Positions 25,301-37,060 of a DNA stretch of 64,000 bases are shown piece by piece. A program made the translations under genes and the position numbers. The stretch is from Macrostomum hystrix. Taxonomy: Eukaryota; Animalia; Platyhelminthes. The stretch lies in contig CATNEN010000039.1 of assembly GCA_950097015.1 (NCBI GenBank), forward strand, positions 19,654,001 through 19,718,000, read 5' to 3'. The notes under the pieces are model-generated. The model was not told the origin of the DNA and did not search any database. It saw only the letters and a program-made list of their open reading frames with translations. Each line of letters starts with the position of its first letter. The first letter of the stretch is position 1.

Positions 25301-26897
25301 AAGGCGCGTTTGTTGAAGAGTAGGAATATTTAAATAATTACATCGTCATTTAGCTGTGCGATGCGCGCCAAAGCAACAAACTCATTAGGCCAACCCCAGG
25401 TTCCGCTCTTACGATTCTCTGATTCTCCTCGTTGATGTTGACATTGTAGTGGAACGAAGCCAGGGCGGATCTGTGCTTCCACTTCCTCAGCTGCTGGTTG
25501 GCATAGCGGATAAATTTGTGAGCACAGCTAGACAGCTGAGATTCGCTCAGTCCGTCTAGGCTGTACTTCCAGCCTGAAGTGTTGGGTTTCAGGATTAATT
25601 TGTTAATCTGTGTTTTTGAATTTCAGTTTCTAGCAACTGACAATTTTGATCACATTATTTTCTATTTAATAAAGCGATCAGAAAAAATTAACGACTTAAT
25701 GGCAAAAGGTCAGAGAAATAACTTAGGTGACTAAACTCAGGCACGAAACTTCAGGTACAAAACTTCAGGCACTAAACTTCAAGCACTAAACTTCAAGCAC
25801 TAAACTTCAGGTACTAAACTTCAGGTACTAAACTTCAGATACTAAACTTCAGATACTAAACTTCAGGTACCAAACTTCAGGCACTAAACTTCAGGCACTA
25901 AACTTCAGGCACTAAACTTCAGGTACTAAACTTCAGGTACTAAACTTCAGGCACTAAACTTCAGGCACTAAACTTCAGGCACTAAACTTCAACCACTAAA
26001 CTTCAGGTACTAAACTTCATGTACTAAACTTCGGATACTAAACTTCAGGTACTAAACTTCAGGCACTAAACTTCAGGTACTAAACGTCAGGTACTGAACT
26101 TCAGGTACTAAACTTCTTATATACTAAAAATGAAATGGTTGGTTGCTTGTCAGGTACTAAACTTCAGGCACTAAACTTCAGGTACTAAACTTCAGGTACT
26201 AAACTTCAGGCACTAAACTTCAGGCACTAAACTTCAGGCACTAAACTTCAAGCACTAAACTTCAGGTACTAAACTTCATGTACTAAACTTCGGATACTAA
26301 ACTTCAGGTACTGAACTTCAGGCACTAAACTTCACGTACTAAACTTCAGGCACTAAACTTCAGGCACTAAACTTCAGGCACTAAACTTCAGATACGAAAC
26401 TTCAGGCACTAAACTTCAACCACTAAACTTCAGGTACTAAACTTGAGGTACTAAACTTCAGGCACTAAACTTCAGGTACTAAACTTCAGGTACTGAACTT
26501 CAGGTACTAAACTTCAGGCACTAAACTTCAGGCACTAAACTTCAGATACTAAACTTCAGGTACTAAACTTCAGGTACTAAACTTCAGGTACTAAACTTCA
26601 GGCACTAAACTTCAGGTACTAAACTTCAGGTACTAAACTTCAGGTACTAAACTTCAGGTACTAAACTTCGAAGACTTAACAAACTTTAGAAGACCTAAGT
26701 GCGCACAGCAACTCACAATGCGCCCTGTGCTGATCCCGTCGTAGTTTCGATAGCAAGCGACCAAGCTCGCTAGACTGCCAGCCCGGATGTCTGGCTGAAG
26801 GCTCGTAGGCGGCCTGACCACAAACAAATGCTATGGCAATCGTCAGCAGGCTGGCGGTCAGCCATAGCAGCCTGGACGCCGACGGACGCAACTGCAT
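22337..26897 (-). CDS. ACE: Angiotensin-converting enzyme-like peptidyl-dipeptidase (peptidase M2), single domain, secreted (about 681 aa; exons 26897-26717, 25573-25413, 25296-25136, 24729-24455, 24344-23643, 23569-23326, 22895-22773, 22535-22337)
   Basis: Signal peptide, HHEMGH zinc motif, [11 protein letters not shown] third zinc ligand, GYIRYF, CDFYKS and [10 protein letters not shown] motifs. Intron phases are consistent (exon 4 needs a GAG acceptor, less certain). No C-terminal TM segment. Confidence 0.92.
22991..23313 (-). mobile_element. SINE family A copy in ACE intron 6
   Basis: tRNA-like head (TGGCAGAGCGG / GCTCGATTCC), family body and (TTA)n tail on the minus strand. Confidence 0.88.
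25727..26670. repeat. Minisatellite, 14-bp unit ACTTCAGG(T/C)ACTAA, in ACE intron 1
   Basis: Tandem copies over ~0.95 kb with one short interruption near 26120-26150. Confidence 0.97.
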
Positions 26898-27463
26898 GGC
26901 GTGGAGCTCTCGAATCTAACGAATACTTTTTAACAGAATCGCCGATGAAACTAAGTATCGCTATCAACAATTTTTGGAAATGCTAAAGGTTTTCAAGACG
27001 CCCGTTTTTGTGTTAACAATGGACCGGAAAAGCTCGTCGCTAGCTAAACCATCTGCACACCCACCCCCGAATACTCAACTGTCTCACTGGTTCAATGCAC
27101 ATGCCAGCCATTCATTCTCTATTTCGCAGCTTTCACAGACTCAGCTGGTCTGAGCACAGCTCAAACACCCACCCCAAATAAGGGTTGCATTGTGACTAAG
27201 CTCTCGAATGTTGGATTTTGCGTCATTGTCCTCACGAGAGCTCTGCGCGCCTGTTTCGTCTCTCTTCGCTATATAAATATCTTCCTACTTCACTGGGGCA
27301 GAATTGCTTGGAATTGTGACATTGGTGGCCTCTATAAGCACTAACATTTTATCTGTTGACCAACACGTGCGTGAATTGCAAGTTTTTGTGCTATATTAGC
27401 TAGGGCCTTTTGATCAAGCAAAACTGTTTGCAGAACGAAACAAATGCATTCCTAATAAAAGTG

Positions 27464-28165
27464 TGTGACGTTGTCACTTGTTGAAGGCACCCCTGCACCC
27501 CTACAATATTACTCTATGCGTTGATTATATGCTTAATTTCCAAATTATGTACTTGCGAGGGCCGTTTTAACTCATCGTATAATATTATCCAATTCTGTTA
27601 ATTTATATTAGTAAGTCAAATTATTAGTGCGCTACTGTCAGTAACCATAAACGTATATCGCGCCATTCTAGCTATTTACTACGCGTATCTTAATGTATTT
27701 TCCCCCCGGCCAATGAGCGTGCGAGCTCTGGCTGGCCGGAAGTATCGATCGCTTTGTTTTTCAATCAGCCTAGTTTACTTAATCAAGGGCTTCAGGCCCG
27801 CTCGCGTCTCACCTTTCTTTCTGGTTCTGGTCCTTTCTTTCCGGCCCGCTCGCGCTCCACTGGTTCTGCGCTCCACTGGTTCTGCGCTCCACTGGTTCTT
27901 TCTTCCTCACTTTCGTTATCGCCATTCTCGCTCTTCTACGTTTCGTGCCGTGACTTTTCTCACTCACTACACTCCACTACATTCGGTTCTGACACTCACC
28001 AGTACGAGCTCCTACGCCTTACATTACGCCCTGCTTGTCGACGTCCCAGTGCATACAGAATAAAAGTGCTACCGCTACGTCACCCACATTACTGACTTTG
28101 AATTGCCGAACTTACAATTGCCGCTGCTCAGACTTCGACTTCGTCCTTTGTGTTTAATCGTCACA
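27464..28165 (+). mobile_element. Solo LTR (Gypsy-like, 702 bp)
   Basis: Termini TGTGACG...CGTCACA (perfect 7-bp inverted repeat), 4-bp target duplication AGTG on both sides, AATAAA at about 28059, internal GCGCTCCACTGGTTCT repeats. Confidence 0.85.
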
Positions 28166-28607
28166 AGTGCATGATTATTTACGCCTAGTTTTTATAGACA
28201 AATATTTTCCTTTTATTTTTAAAGCTTAAGTTTAATTGGGAACAAGCGTTTGACATCCAAATAGTCTATACTTATCGCCAGGCCCCTACCACTTCCCCCC
28301 CAATTAAATTAAAATTTCCTAAAGCACTTTTCAGAGATTTATAACTGACTTGCAAAATATGATACCGGCACCCTACCTTGCACCTCAGACTGTACAACAA
28401 TGGGCCAATGAGAACACAGTCAGGCAGCCTGGATGTATTATAATTTGGTGTCATTAGGCTGAATTATTCTAGTATAGCTGATGGCTGCGTGATAATCTTA
28501 TTGGAATGGACGATCAACGTCCATAAATAATTTATTTATAGATTTTTTCTCACAAAGTTAACCAATATACAATATAATTACAATATTGCATGCGAACAGA
28601 GCTATAT

Positions 28608-28847
28608 TTAAAGCATATTTGAGCGTTTCAGCAGTTTCTTCTCGTAGTTCTCGATCATTCGCTCAACAAGAATCTCCTTGTTCCTCTTGCGTACCGTGCG
28701 CTGAATCTGGTTTAGCCGCTCGTTGAACCACTCTAGAAGCAGTATGGTAGAGGAGACTGTCAGCACTGTGGAGAAAAATAAGAGACCTCGCAGGAAGTCA
28801 TAAATGATGTCGTGATTCGGATTTGAAGATGACTTCTCTGCTGTCAT
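28608..28847 (-). CDS. Putative 79-aa single-pass membrane microprotein
   Basis: ATG-initiated ORF with one hydrophobic segment (GLLFFSTVLTVSSTILLLEW) and a charged helical tail. Candidate acceptor (TGTTTAG) just upstream and AATAAA about 70 nt downstream. No family recognised. Confidence 0.45.
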   Translation of the reverse strand: MTAEKSSSNPNHDIIYDFLRGLLFFSTVLTVSSTILLLEWFNERLNQIQRTVRKRNKEILVERMIENYEKKLLKRSNML

Positions 28848-30953
28848 CTAATCGATTTCTATCTAAACAGACAGCTTCTTTGTTGCGTAAGAAAGCTTTT
28901 TGTGATGATTTATAGTTTGAGCCGATAAGATCGATCCACGTTACGTTATTTTTTACTACAATTTTGGCCATAGATTATAAGTCATTATTTACCAAACTCG
29001 TAATTGGTAAACTACTTCAAACGCCTGAAAGAGCTCTAAGTTCCTCTGTGTAGTTAATAATGTATTGTGCCCTACTACAATAATATTTTATATACACAAT
29101 AAGGCATGGATTGAGTCAATTTTATAAGCAAAGAAATTGTTATTATTATGAGTAGTTTGGAAACCTTGGGAAAATTTCAGACACCACAAAGACTGCAGGC
29201 AGATTGCAGCTAAAATCTAGAGCCGTAACTGTTAAAAGCGTTGGTTAATATTGTAATGAACTACTGTTTGATTTCTAATGTTCATAAGAATAATATTGAT
29301 GTCTTTTGAGACTACTAAAGCAATTGTTTTTATTTCCTCGATAGCGTTTTTGACGAAAAATAAGCTACAAAAGAGTTATAAACAACGGCAAAGCGCAAAT
29401 TCAACTTGCATTCTTGGACCGGTTTTTTCATGACTTCATCCAAAGTAACTTATCAGACGATGTTATTTAAAATAACTGTTTTCCAATGCTAAAACTTACC
29501 TTTGTTCGTCCTTAAACTTCACGCTGAGTGAAAAAACCCTCTAAATGCCTAGTGCTCGAGAAAAATGGCTAACAGTTTGTTCTGAACGCAGTTTTAAGTA
29601 GTCAATCTCTATCAGGTAGTAAATCCCAGTCTGTTTTACTTTTTGAAGTCTACAATTAAGTCACTCACATATATAATGCGACTTAATTAGATCACTTAGC
29701 AAAAATTAAGTAAATTATTGGCATTTTATTTCTTATTAAAGATATTTTAAAGTATAAGATAATTTATAAGACTCTTAATTGATAAAACACGGCATATTTT
29801 ATAAATTATATGTATTGTGTTGTAGAGCTCTTTTATTACTATTAAAAAACTCACTTTTATCACCTTAAATTGACCCTTTGAAATAATTCTTAATTTCCTT
29901 TGTCAATGACTTAACTAAACTTCATAGACTGGCTATGTACTTTTCTCACTTCATATGTATATATTGCTCAATTTAGCCAGATATGCTGCTTTCTTTCCAA
30001 ATATGGTAGCGTTCTCACGAGTGTCCGAGTGGCAAGACACTTCTTCCCCTTCTTATTTACTCAAAAACTATCTGGCTTTCTGGTTTTTCCCAGTCTTTCT
30101 AGGCTTCCAAATGGACTGAATTTGCCCAACTTTGCACACAGTGCTATTCCACCAATTGGGGTTTACCCTCTGTTCTTTCAGTTATTAAACTATGCTGCTT
30201 TTGATGAATATCTCCTTCTTTATTCTTTCGAATATTTACTGACTTATGTGTAATCACAGACCTGCTTTTCTCTCTTAAAAAATAAGAACAATTAAACACT
30301 TTGATACTTTTCTCTTTCAACTCTTTCTCCTTTATTCACCACGAAACAGGGCACAGGGCACCAGTTGAAGTTTCTACAGCTAATTTGCGGTTGTATTTAT
30401 AGCAAAATTTTAGGTGGGTGACACGATACAGACAAACAAATGATAAAACGGGAAAAATGCGTTTGGCGGGAGTTCAAGTTATAAAAATTATACGATTTAA
30501 AATTAGGGCCTGCCTCAATTGTTATTTTGGATAACATAATATATTGCTATAAAGTTGCGCATAGTTTAGACTATTTATTAAATTATTATATAAAAAATCA
30601 TTCTAAAACACTTCTAATCGAGCTCTAAATATATTATATTTTATCAACCCTTTAAAACTCACAAATGTATAATTTCTAAACATTTTGGAGCTTTTAAATT
30701 TTGTATTTTGGTATTTGATCATTATTGTATGTTAGTATAACTAGTATGCTAATTTAAAAAATAATACTTAGCAAAGCTAAAATGCTAAAACTTAGTCAAC
30801 TATTTATTTATTTCAATTCCTTCGTTGCAACTTTCATAATTAATGATTGATCATTAATGTCATCTATAATTATCATTATTCATCATAGACACAAAATAAC
30901 ATGCTTAATTGTTTCCACAATTTCTTTCAGCTGGCCGTTCAGATTCAACAACA

Positions 30954-33552
30954 ATGGGGTGCGGCGCGTCAAAGTCAGTTTCGGTAATCACTGCTCAGCC
31001 TGTGAAGACTGACGGTGGCCAGACAAAGCCAGGTCTAAGCCAGCAGCAGCAGCAGCAGCAGCAAGGTGTTGGTACACCAAAAAAGCTGCCACCGATCAAG
31101 TCGGGTACATCGTCAAATTCTCAACCCGCACCATCGGGTTCAGCTGTCAATGGCAACGCGGTCTCCGTGGAGGGTGAGTAGCGTGTACAAAAGTAAAGCT
31201 TTTTGAAGCAAATTAATTTTTTTGTTAGATTTTTACTAATCGAACTTTTTCTTGTTCTCTCCAGACGAGAAAGCTGGCAAGGGCGGAGTTGCTTTCAGCA
31301 TCGCGGTGAACGGCGACGTCGGTAACGGCGCCCCATTGATGCAGACCAACTCCGACATTGACAAGATACTGCGAAAACCTCTGCCGCCCCGACTTAGGGT
31401 GCGCGCTGCCGCCGCTGCTGCTTATTCAACTTTCCTTAATGGATAACTATAAGACAGTGTTGCGTTACATTCGGGGGGTCGGTGGCAGAGCGGTCAACGT
31501 TTTTGCCTCTCGCACCACGGTCCCTAAGTTCGATTCCACGGCGAGGCCACATTTATTTGGGGCGCAGCCGCGGAGAGAAGGCTTGGGGGCTTGTCGTGCG
31601 TGCAATTTACACCCTTGAGGGCCAACCTCCAAGGCACAGTGAGAGTGTACACTGCTTGACGATGAGAAAGTCAGTGCAGATGTACACACCTGTGTGAGTG
31701 TGTGCCTGCGTGCCTGCGTGCAGTATCTGCGTGCGTGTGTGTTCCGGAGTCAGCGAAATGGCAGAATGGCCTCCTCGCTGGCTGCGGGTTTAGTGCCACC
31801 AAATAATAATAATAATAAAAAATAAATACTTGATTAAACCTGCCCCAATTGGGTCAGATGTGCAGCACAGCCGTAGTTAATGCGCGGCGCATCTGAAGGC
31901 TGCATACAGCTGTTCAGTCCATGGACTGGGGGGACGCCACACTCACCTTCAATTATCCCAGCTAATGCTGGTACCCATTATACAGCTGGGTGAACTGAAG
32001 CAATGCAGAGTTAAGTGTCTTGCTAAAGGACACAAATTGTTCCAGTGGAGTCGGGAATCGAACTGGCAAGTCTTCCCCCTTCCCCCCCGACCTTCAAGTC
32101 GTGAGTCCGACACTGCAACCACTAGGCTACAACCTAGTGAACAAATGATGTGTCCTTGCCCGCAGCTGTCCTGCAACTATTTATTATATTACGAGCTACA
32201 TTACATTCTAAAAAACCTAACACAATTCCGCTGCAGCACCTGGAGCCTCTGGACAGTGTTCCAGTGATGACGCCAGAGCAGCTGGCTGAGAAGCTGCGCA
32301 AAGCTGAGGAGAAGCGTGAACGGGTCAGTAGCAATTAACTCTTTTTTAACATTTCGATTATGATCTTGTAAAATCCGTAAGTTTTTATACTATCAATAGA
32401 ATGTTGATTTCTTTTTGCGCGCATCTCTACTGACAGTAGACGAGTTAGAACTCCCCTGATAAATTTAAATCAAACATCAGATGCTAGAAAAGCGACGGCA
32501 CTCCAAGGTGACAAAGAAGTCGAAGGCTCGCCGGGAGCTGCTGAAGGCGCAGGATTTCGCTGGCGTTGCCGCAGCCGGCGGTGGAGTGGATCTGAGCGCC
32601 AGCTCCGGCGCGGGCGGAAATCTTCAGGAGAGTCTGCAACAGAAGCAGGCCATCGCGGAGCAGAAGAGGCTGGCTCAACTTGCCGCGGTGCAGGAGAAGC
32701 AACGGCTGCGCGAGGAGCGAGCCAGGGCAGCCAGAGAGCGGGCCAGGCAGATGAAGCAGGAGATGCTGGAATCTGAGCTGCAAATTGAGAAGGACGAAGC
32801 GGCGGACGAATCAGATAGTGAGTCGGCCTGGTCTGGTCTCTAGGCAATGGCACATCATTGGGGGGTCAGTGGCAGAGCGGTCTAACTCGTTTGCCTCGTG
32901 CAACAACGTCCCTGAGCTCGATTCCGCGGCGAGGCCACATTTATTTGGGGTGCAGCCGCGGAGAGAAGGTTTGGCGCTTGTCGTACAATTTACGCCCTTG
33001 AGGGCCAACCTCCAAGGCACAGTGAGTGTACACTGCCTGACAGTAACCAAATGATGTGCCATAATAATAACTATGGCAGGAGGGTTGCGGACAGTGGCAC
33101 CTAATTAGGTGACACTAGACCCGCAGCCAGTGAGGAGGCAATTATGTATATTTCGCTTACTCCTAAGCACACAAGCACACAGATAACTGTACGCAGGCAC
33201 ACACTTACACGGACTTTCTCATCGTAAGGCAGTGTACACTTTCGCTTTAGGCAAACGCTTTAGACCTATTTGTCACTATGGTAGAACGTGACATTCTCCT
33301 TTTCCAGCTGACTCGTGGCTAGGAGACAATGATACAGCCAATCAGAACCGGGTTCACAATAAGAAGAATGCTTCAGCGCCACCGCTCGGTCACCAGCAGC
33401 AGCAGCAGCGAGACAGCAGTGGCTACAGCTCCAGAGACGCGTCAAGCGCCAATGACCGCGCTAGCGATTCGATCGCTGGCAGTCGAGTACAGACTGGCAA
33501 AACTGTGTCCACAGTGTTGGAGGGCGAGTTGGATAATGACTTTTACGACTAG
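30954..33552 (+). CDS. N-acylated stathmin-domain / coiled-coil protein (STMND1-like; about 340 aa; exons 30954-31173, 31265-31398, 32237-32323, 32481-32817, 33308-33552)
   Basis: All introns GT-AG and in phase. Starts MGCGASK (myristoylation/palmitoylation motif). GGVAFSI resembles stathmin GQAFEL. EQLAEKLRKAEEKR and LQQKQAIAEQKR resemble the stathmin helix start. Confidence 0.75.
31473..31817 (+). mobile_element. SINE family A, near full-length reference copy
   Basis: GGGGGTCGGTGGCAGAGCGG (A box), GTTCGATTCC (B box), body shared with about 10 other copies or fragments in the window, AT-rich triplet tail. Confidence 0.9.
31839..32134 (-). mobile_element. SINE family B (tRNA head + CORE-like central domain)
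   Basis: Minus strand reads TGGTTGCAGTG (A box), GTTCGATTCC (B box), then TGTGTCCTTTAGCAAGACACTTAACTCT...AATGGGTACC, which resembles the CORE domain. Homologous to 61958-62247. Confidence 0.85.
32860..33277. mobile_element. Two SINE family A copies tail-to-tail (+ 32860-33070; - 33061-33277)
   Basis: The plus copy has head and 5' body but lacks the 3' body. The minus copy has a head remnant and the 3' body. They meet at ATAATAATAA. Confidence 0.8.
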
Positions 33553-34504
33553 ACCACGACAGGTTAATGTGGACTAATTGCTAGAAAGTAATCTAGACTT
33601 TCAGTCAAGTAAAGTTCTATGCTTTTTGCTTGCTTCTCTTTTTCAAATATTCTCTGAAAAAATAGTCTATTTTAATACTTTTATCGCACATAGGTGTCTC
33701 TATTTAACCTACTTTGCCTTACGTTAGTGCTCTAAATGGGATGTTTTTATAATTATAGCTCCTGTGCAATTCTGCTTGTCCAAATTAATTTGGAATGTTT
33801 TTATTCCGCCAAATAGCAAATAACGTGCCTCTGTCTAATTCCTCGCTAGCACGCTTACTATCCTACTTTCAGTAAGCCGAAGAAATGCGACTTTAACTTT
33901 GTTCTAATGCGTGACCATTTTTCCGTCCATTTTTACTTAAAAAATCCAAACGATGCCGCGGTTATTTGCGTTCAATTTTTTGTTTTTTTTGTGACTTTTG
34001 CACACAAGCATTTTTGCTTAAACAAATCCTTCAACTAAACCGAAATTCTCCTTAGAGATGTTATTTTAGCCAGTCAAATTTGACAGCTCACGTCTGGCAT
34101 GTCCCGTTAATCTAACTAAATAATATTTTTTCAACAGTGCTTCACTTGTCTGCTTTTGCTGTTGTTTTATTTTTATAGTCCATCGATTTCTCTTTTCACA
34201 GATTTTCGGTAAAGACACATTATATACGGTTGTTGATATTGTGATGCAGATCAACTTTACTGCATGAAGAAAAATATACCATGGAAATTTGGTAATCAAA
34301 TTGCACAATAATTTAGCCCCTGTTCGATCGAATCTGCCACAGGCTTTTTTGTTGAGCTGATGTTGATGTCTGTGATAAACAAGAAGAGGAAAATTTACGA
34401 GTAAATTGTCGTGCTTTCTTTCAACTATACGTGATTTGGCTTCCTTACAACAACTTTCTGCTTTAAGTTTTATATTGGATCTAAACTGAACAGACTCAAC
34501 AAAT

Positions 34505-35700
34505 GGGGGTTGTAGGCTTGTGGTTAGAGCGTCGGACTCACGACATGAAGGTCAGTGGTTCGATTCCAGACTCCACTGGAACAATTTGTGTCCTTTAGCG
34601 AAACACTTAATGTAGACACTTAACGCGCTACTTAAAGTAATATCACATGGAAACCGAAGCTATAACTTTTTATCTATTTTTAGGAATGAGTCATGATGAC
34701 TCATATGCAAACAAAGTCATGTGACTTGAAGCCCCCCGGTTCTCGACAGCTGTATTGCTCATATTCCTATATATGGTAATGCTCACCATAAAAATACCCC
34801 AAAACGCAGCTGAACAAACAATTTCGACCTCACTGTGCAAATTTGTATGCCCTAAGTAAACACACGGCCCTAAACCGGTTCTCCCCTAAATTTTACTATA
34901 AATACAAGCGAAAATCCGAGCTGAAAATTCAGACTCGGAGCGGTCCACCGGACTTCAAAACATCTTACGAAGAAGAGGATTCATCTCTGAGGGAAAGACA
35001 AGTGGTAAGCGTAGGTTACATATCGTCGATACATTTGAGAAAGGCCTCCTTGTTTCCTAGAATACATTCCTAGAGGATTATTGATTGATTGATTTGAGTT
35101 ATCCGTTATCTTTCGGACGTAACGAAGAAGACACCTTTCAGGAGGACCTATTAGAGAGACACAAGAGAGATTTCAATTTCAATTTTCACTAGGGCGCACG
35201 TTTCTATTGTGAGTTCCGAGCTCGAGGAAACCGACAAGTAATCTGATTCGCTCTCGTCCTTTATTGGCCAACAGACAAACTCAAGCAGCTGCCAGGAAGA
35301 CAAAGAAGACAAGAAGACTACAAAGACTCAAGAAGCAACAGATCCGAAACTTCACGGTCGACCGGAACAAGGAGAAGAACTGCCGGATTACAAGGACCCA
35401 GAAGACTGCGAACTACTCAAGGAAGAAGAAGCAACTGCAGTAAGTGTCACGTGACTGTTATAAATTCTTAGGCAATTGTTCCCCACTGTCTAGAAGTGGC
35501 AGTTTTGTGTGCCTGATCAACACACAATACTCTTCACTTAACTCTGCACTGCTTCAGCTCACACAGCTGTTAAATGGGAACCAGCATTTGCTGGGGTAAA
35601 TGAGAGTGGGTGTGGCGTCTTCCCAGTCCATGGACTGAACAGGCGTACGTAGCCTTCAGATGCGCCGCGCAATAGCTGCGGCTGTACTGTCGGCTGCACA
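34505..35700 (+). mobile_element. SINE family B interrupted by a solo LTR
   Basis: Head 34505-34610 (TGGTTAGAGCG, GGTTCGATTCC) continues at 35537 with CTTAACTCTGCACTGCTTCAG. Confidence 0.85.
34611..35536 (+). mobile_element. Solo LTR (926 bp), possibly BEL/Pao
   Basis: TGTAGA...TCTTCA termini, perfect 5-bp TSD CTTAA (34606-34610, 35537-35541), splits a recognisable SINE, TATAAATA at 34897. Confidence 0.85.
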
Positions 35701-36439
35701 TAATGACAGTAAAAAGTGGATTGAGTGGGAGGGGACCACACAGGTGAAAAACTTAAGGCAAGAAGGCATGGCAACCAGTATAGCTCGTATCTTCCTGTTT
35801 CTACCTGTTTCTGCTTCTATAAATTTACGCACTTTCCGGTAATCTCTACTCTCACTTACTGAAACAATTATGATTGTTACGTAATATTGCAGATAATTCT
35901 AGGCAAAAGAAAAGCAAAAGCGATTTCTTAGCAAAACAAGTTACATAACATATGATAATGGTCGGGATCATACAACAGTTGCATTTCGTAATTGATTGAG
36001 TCATACCCCAATTGCCATGTGACAGGTGCTTATAAATATAATTAGGCAAGTTTATGACCGCACAGTCACACCCGCAAAACCAGTTGCTATTGCACAGAAA
36101 ATAATTTTAGCAGCAAAACACTGTAGCACAGCAACAGCTGCAGTTTTCTGGAGCGAAAATTAGTCAGGCCTATAAAAATATCGCCCTAACGACAAAATTG
36201 CGTCTTGCGTCCTAAAGCTTTCACTTGAAAAAAAGCTTATCAACTAAACTGCACAAATTAATTGTAGCAGAGAGCAAAGTGCACATGCTCTAATCTGGCA
36301 AGGTAGATTGTATAAATTCCACGCTTATATCGCTCACGAAGAAGCTTGGAACGACACCAGAGCGCCACCCAAGCGTATCAAAGGTTCGCAATCAATCATT
36401 TCTTTCAATATCAATCAATCAATCATTCAAGTGCAAGCG

Positions 36440-37060
36440 ATGCAAGTAGTCCTGTGTCAGTTAACTAACACTTCTGGCCATAGACGATTCCGCGCGTCTG
36501 ACAGCGAGTCAGCCGCTCTGGAGAACGGAGCGCTCGAAGTGGACTCAACTGAGAGCACAGCGGCCTCTGTGACTAGTCGATGGCACAAATTTTGGCGCCA
36601 AACACGCCAGGAAATTGTAGATTCGGCTCGCGAATCCAGAGAAATTGTGACTGGTCGTCGCGACTGGCGCCAGCCTAGGCGAAATTCGACCGCATCGTCA
36701 TCGACGTCGCTAACTCTAGACGACGACGGCGAAAAAGACTTTGACACCGAAATTGTCCTCTCTGATGACTTAGGTGATGCGTCAGCGTTAGATGACTTTA
36801 TATCGACGAAACAGCGTCAGATAAGTCGTCAGCAACGACTTCTGGCACGACTGCAGCGACTGACAATTTTCGGAGGCGGTGGCAGTCCGGCATTTCAAGC
36901 ACTCAACTGCGAGAGTTCGACCTGGAGTCTAGAGCGACTGCAGCAGCAGCAGCCAAATTTGCGGCAAAGCGGAAGGTCGGGCAACGCGTCGCCTCTCTGG
37001 CGTCGACCGCTGTCCTGGCTGGAGGGAATGCGGCGTCAGAAACGGGCCAGCCTTAACTAG
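36440..37060 (+). CDS. Orphan single-exon protein (about 206 aa), Ser/Arg/Asp-rich, probably disordered
   Basis: GC-rich open frame inside AT-rich flanks, with a CAG/poly-Q tract as in neighbouring genes. No family recognised. Confidence 0.5.
   Translation: MQVVLCQLTNTSGHRRFRASDSESAALENGALEVDSTESTAASVTSRWHKFWRQTRQEIVDSARESREIVTGRRDWRQPRRNSTASSSTSLTLDDDGEKDFDTEIVLSDDLGDASALDDFISTKQRQISRQQRLLARLQRLTIFGGGGSPAFQALNCESSTWSLERLQQQQPNLRQSGRSGNASPLWRRPLSWLEGMRRQKRASLN

Noticed and set aside
31700-31800. HDV-like ribozyme in SINE A: GCCTCCTCGCTGGC equals the HDV P3/L3 sequence, and GCCTGCG could pair with TGCGGGT as P1
   Set aside because: No GG after P1 to form P1.1, and no convincing P4, J4/2 or P2 3' strand. 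In longer copies TGCGGG pairs better with the downstream CCCGCA in a 3' tail hairpin.
34505-34580. tRNA genes at A-box/B-box motifs
   Set aside because: They run straight into repeated SINE bodies and I could not build a full cloverleaf. Treated as SINE heads.
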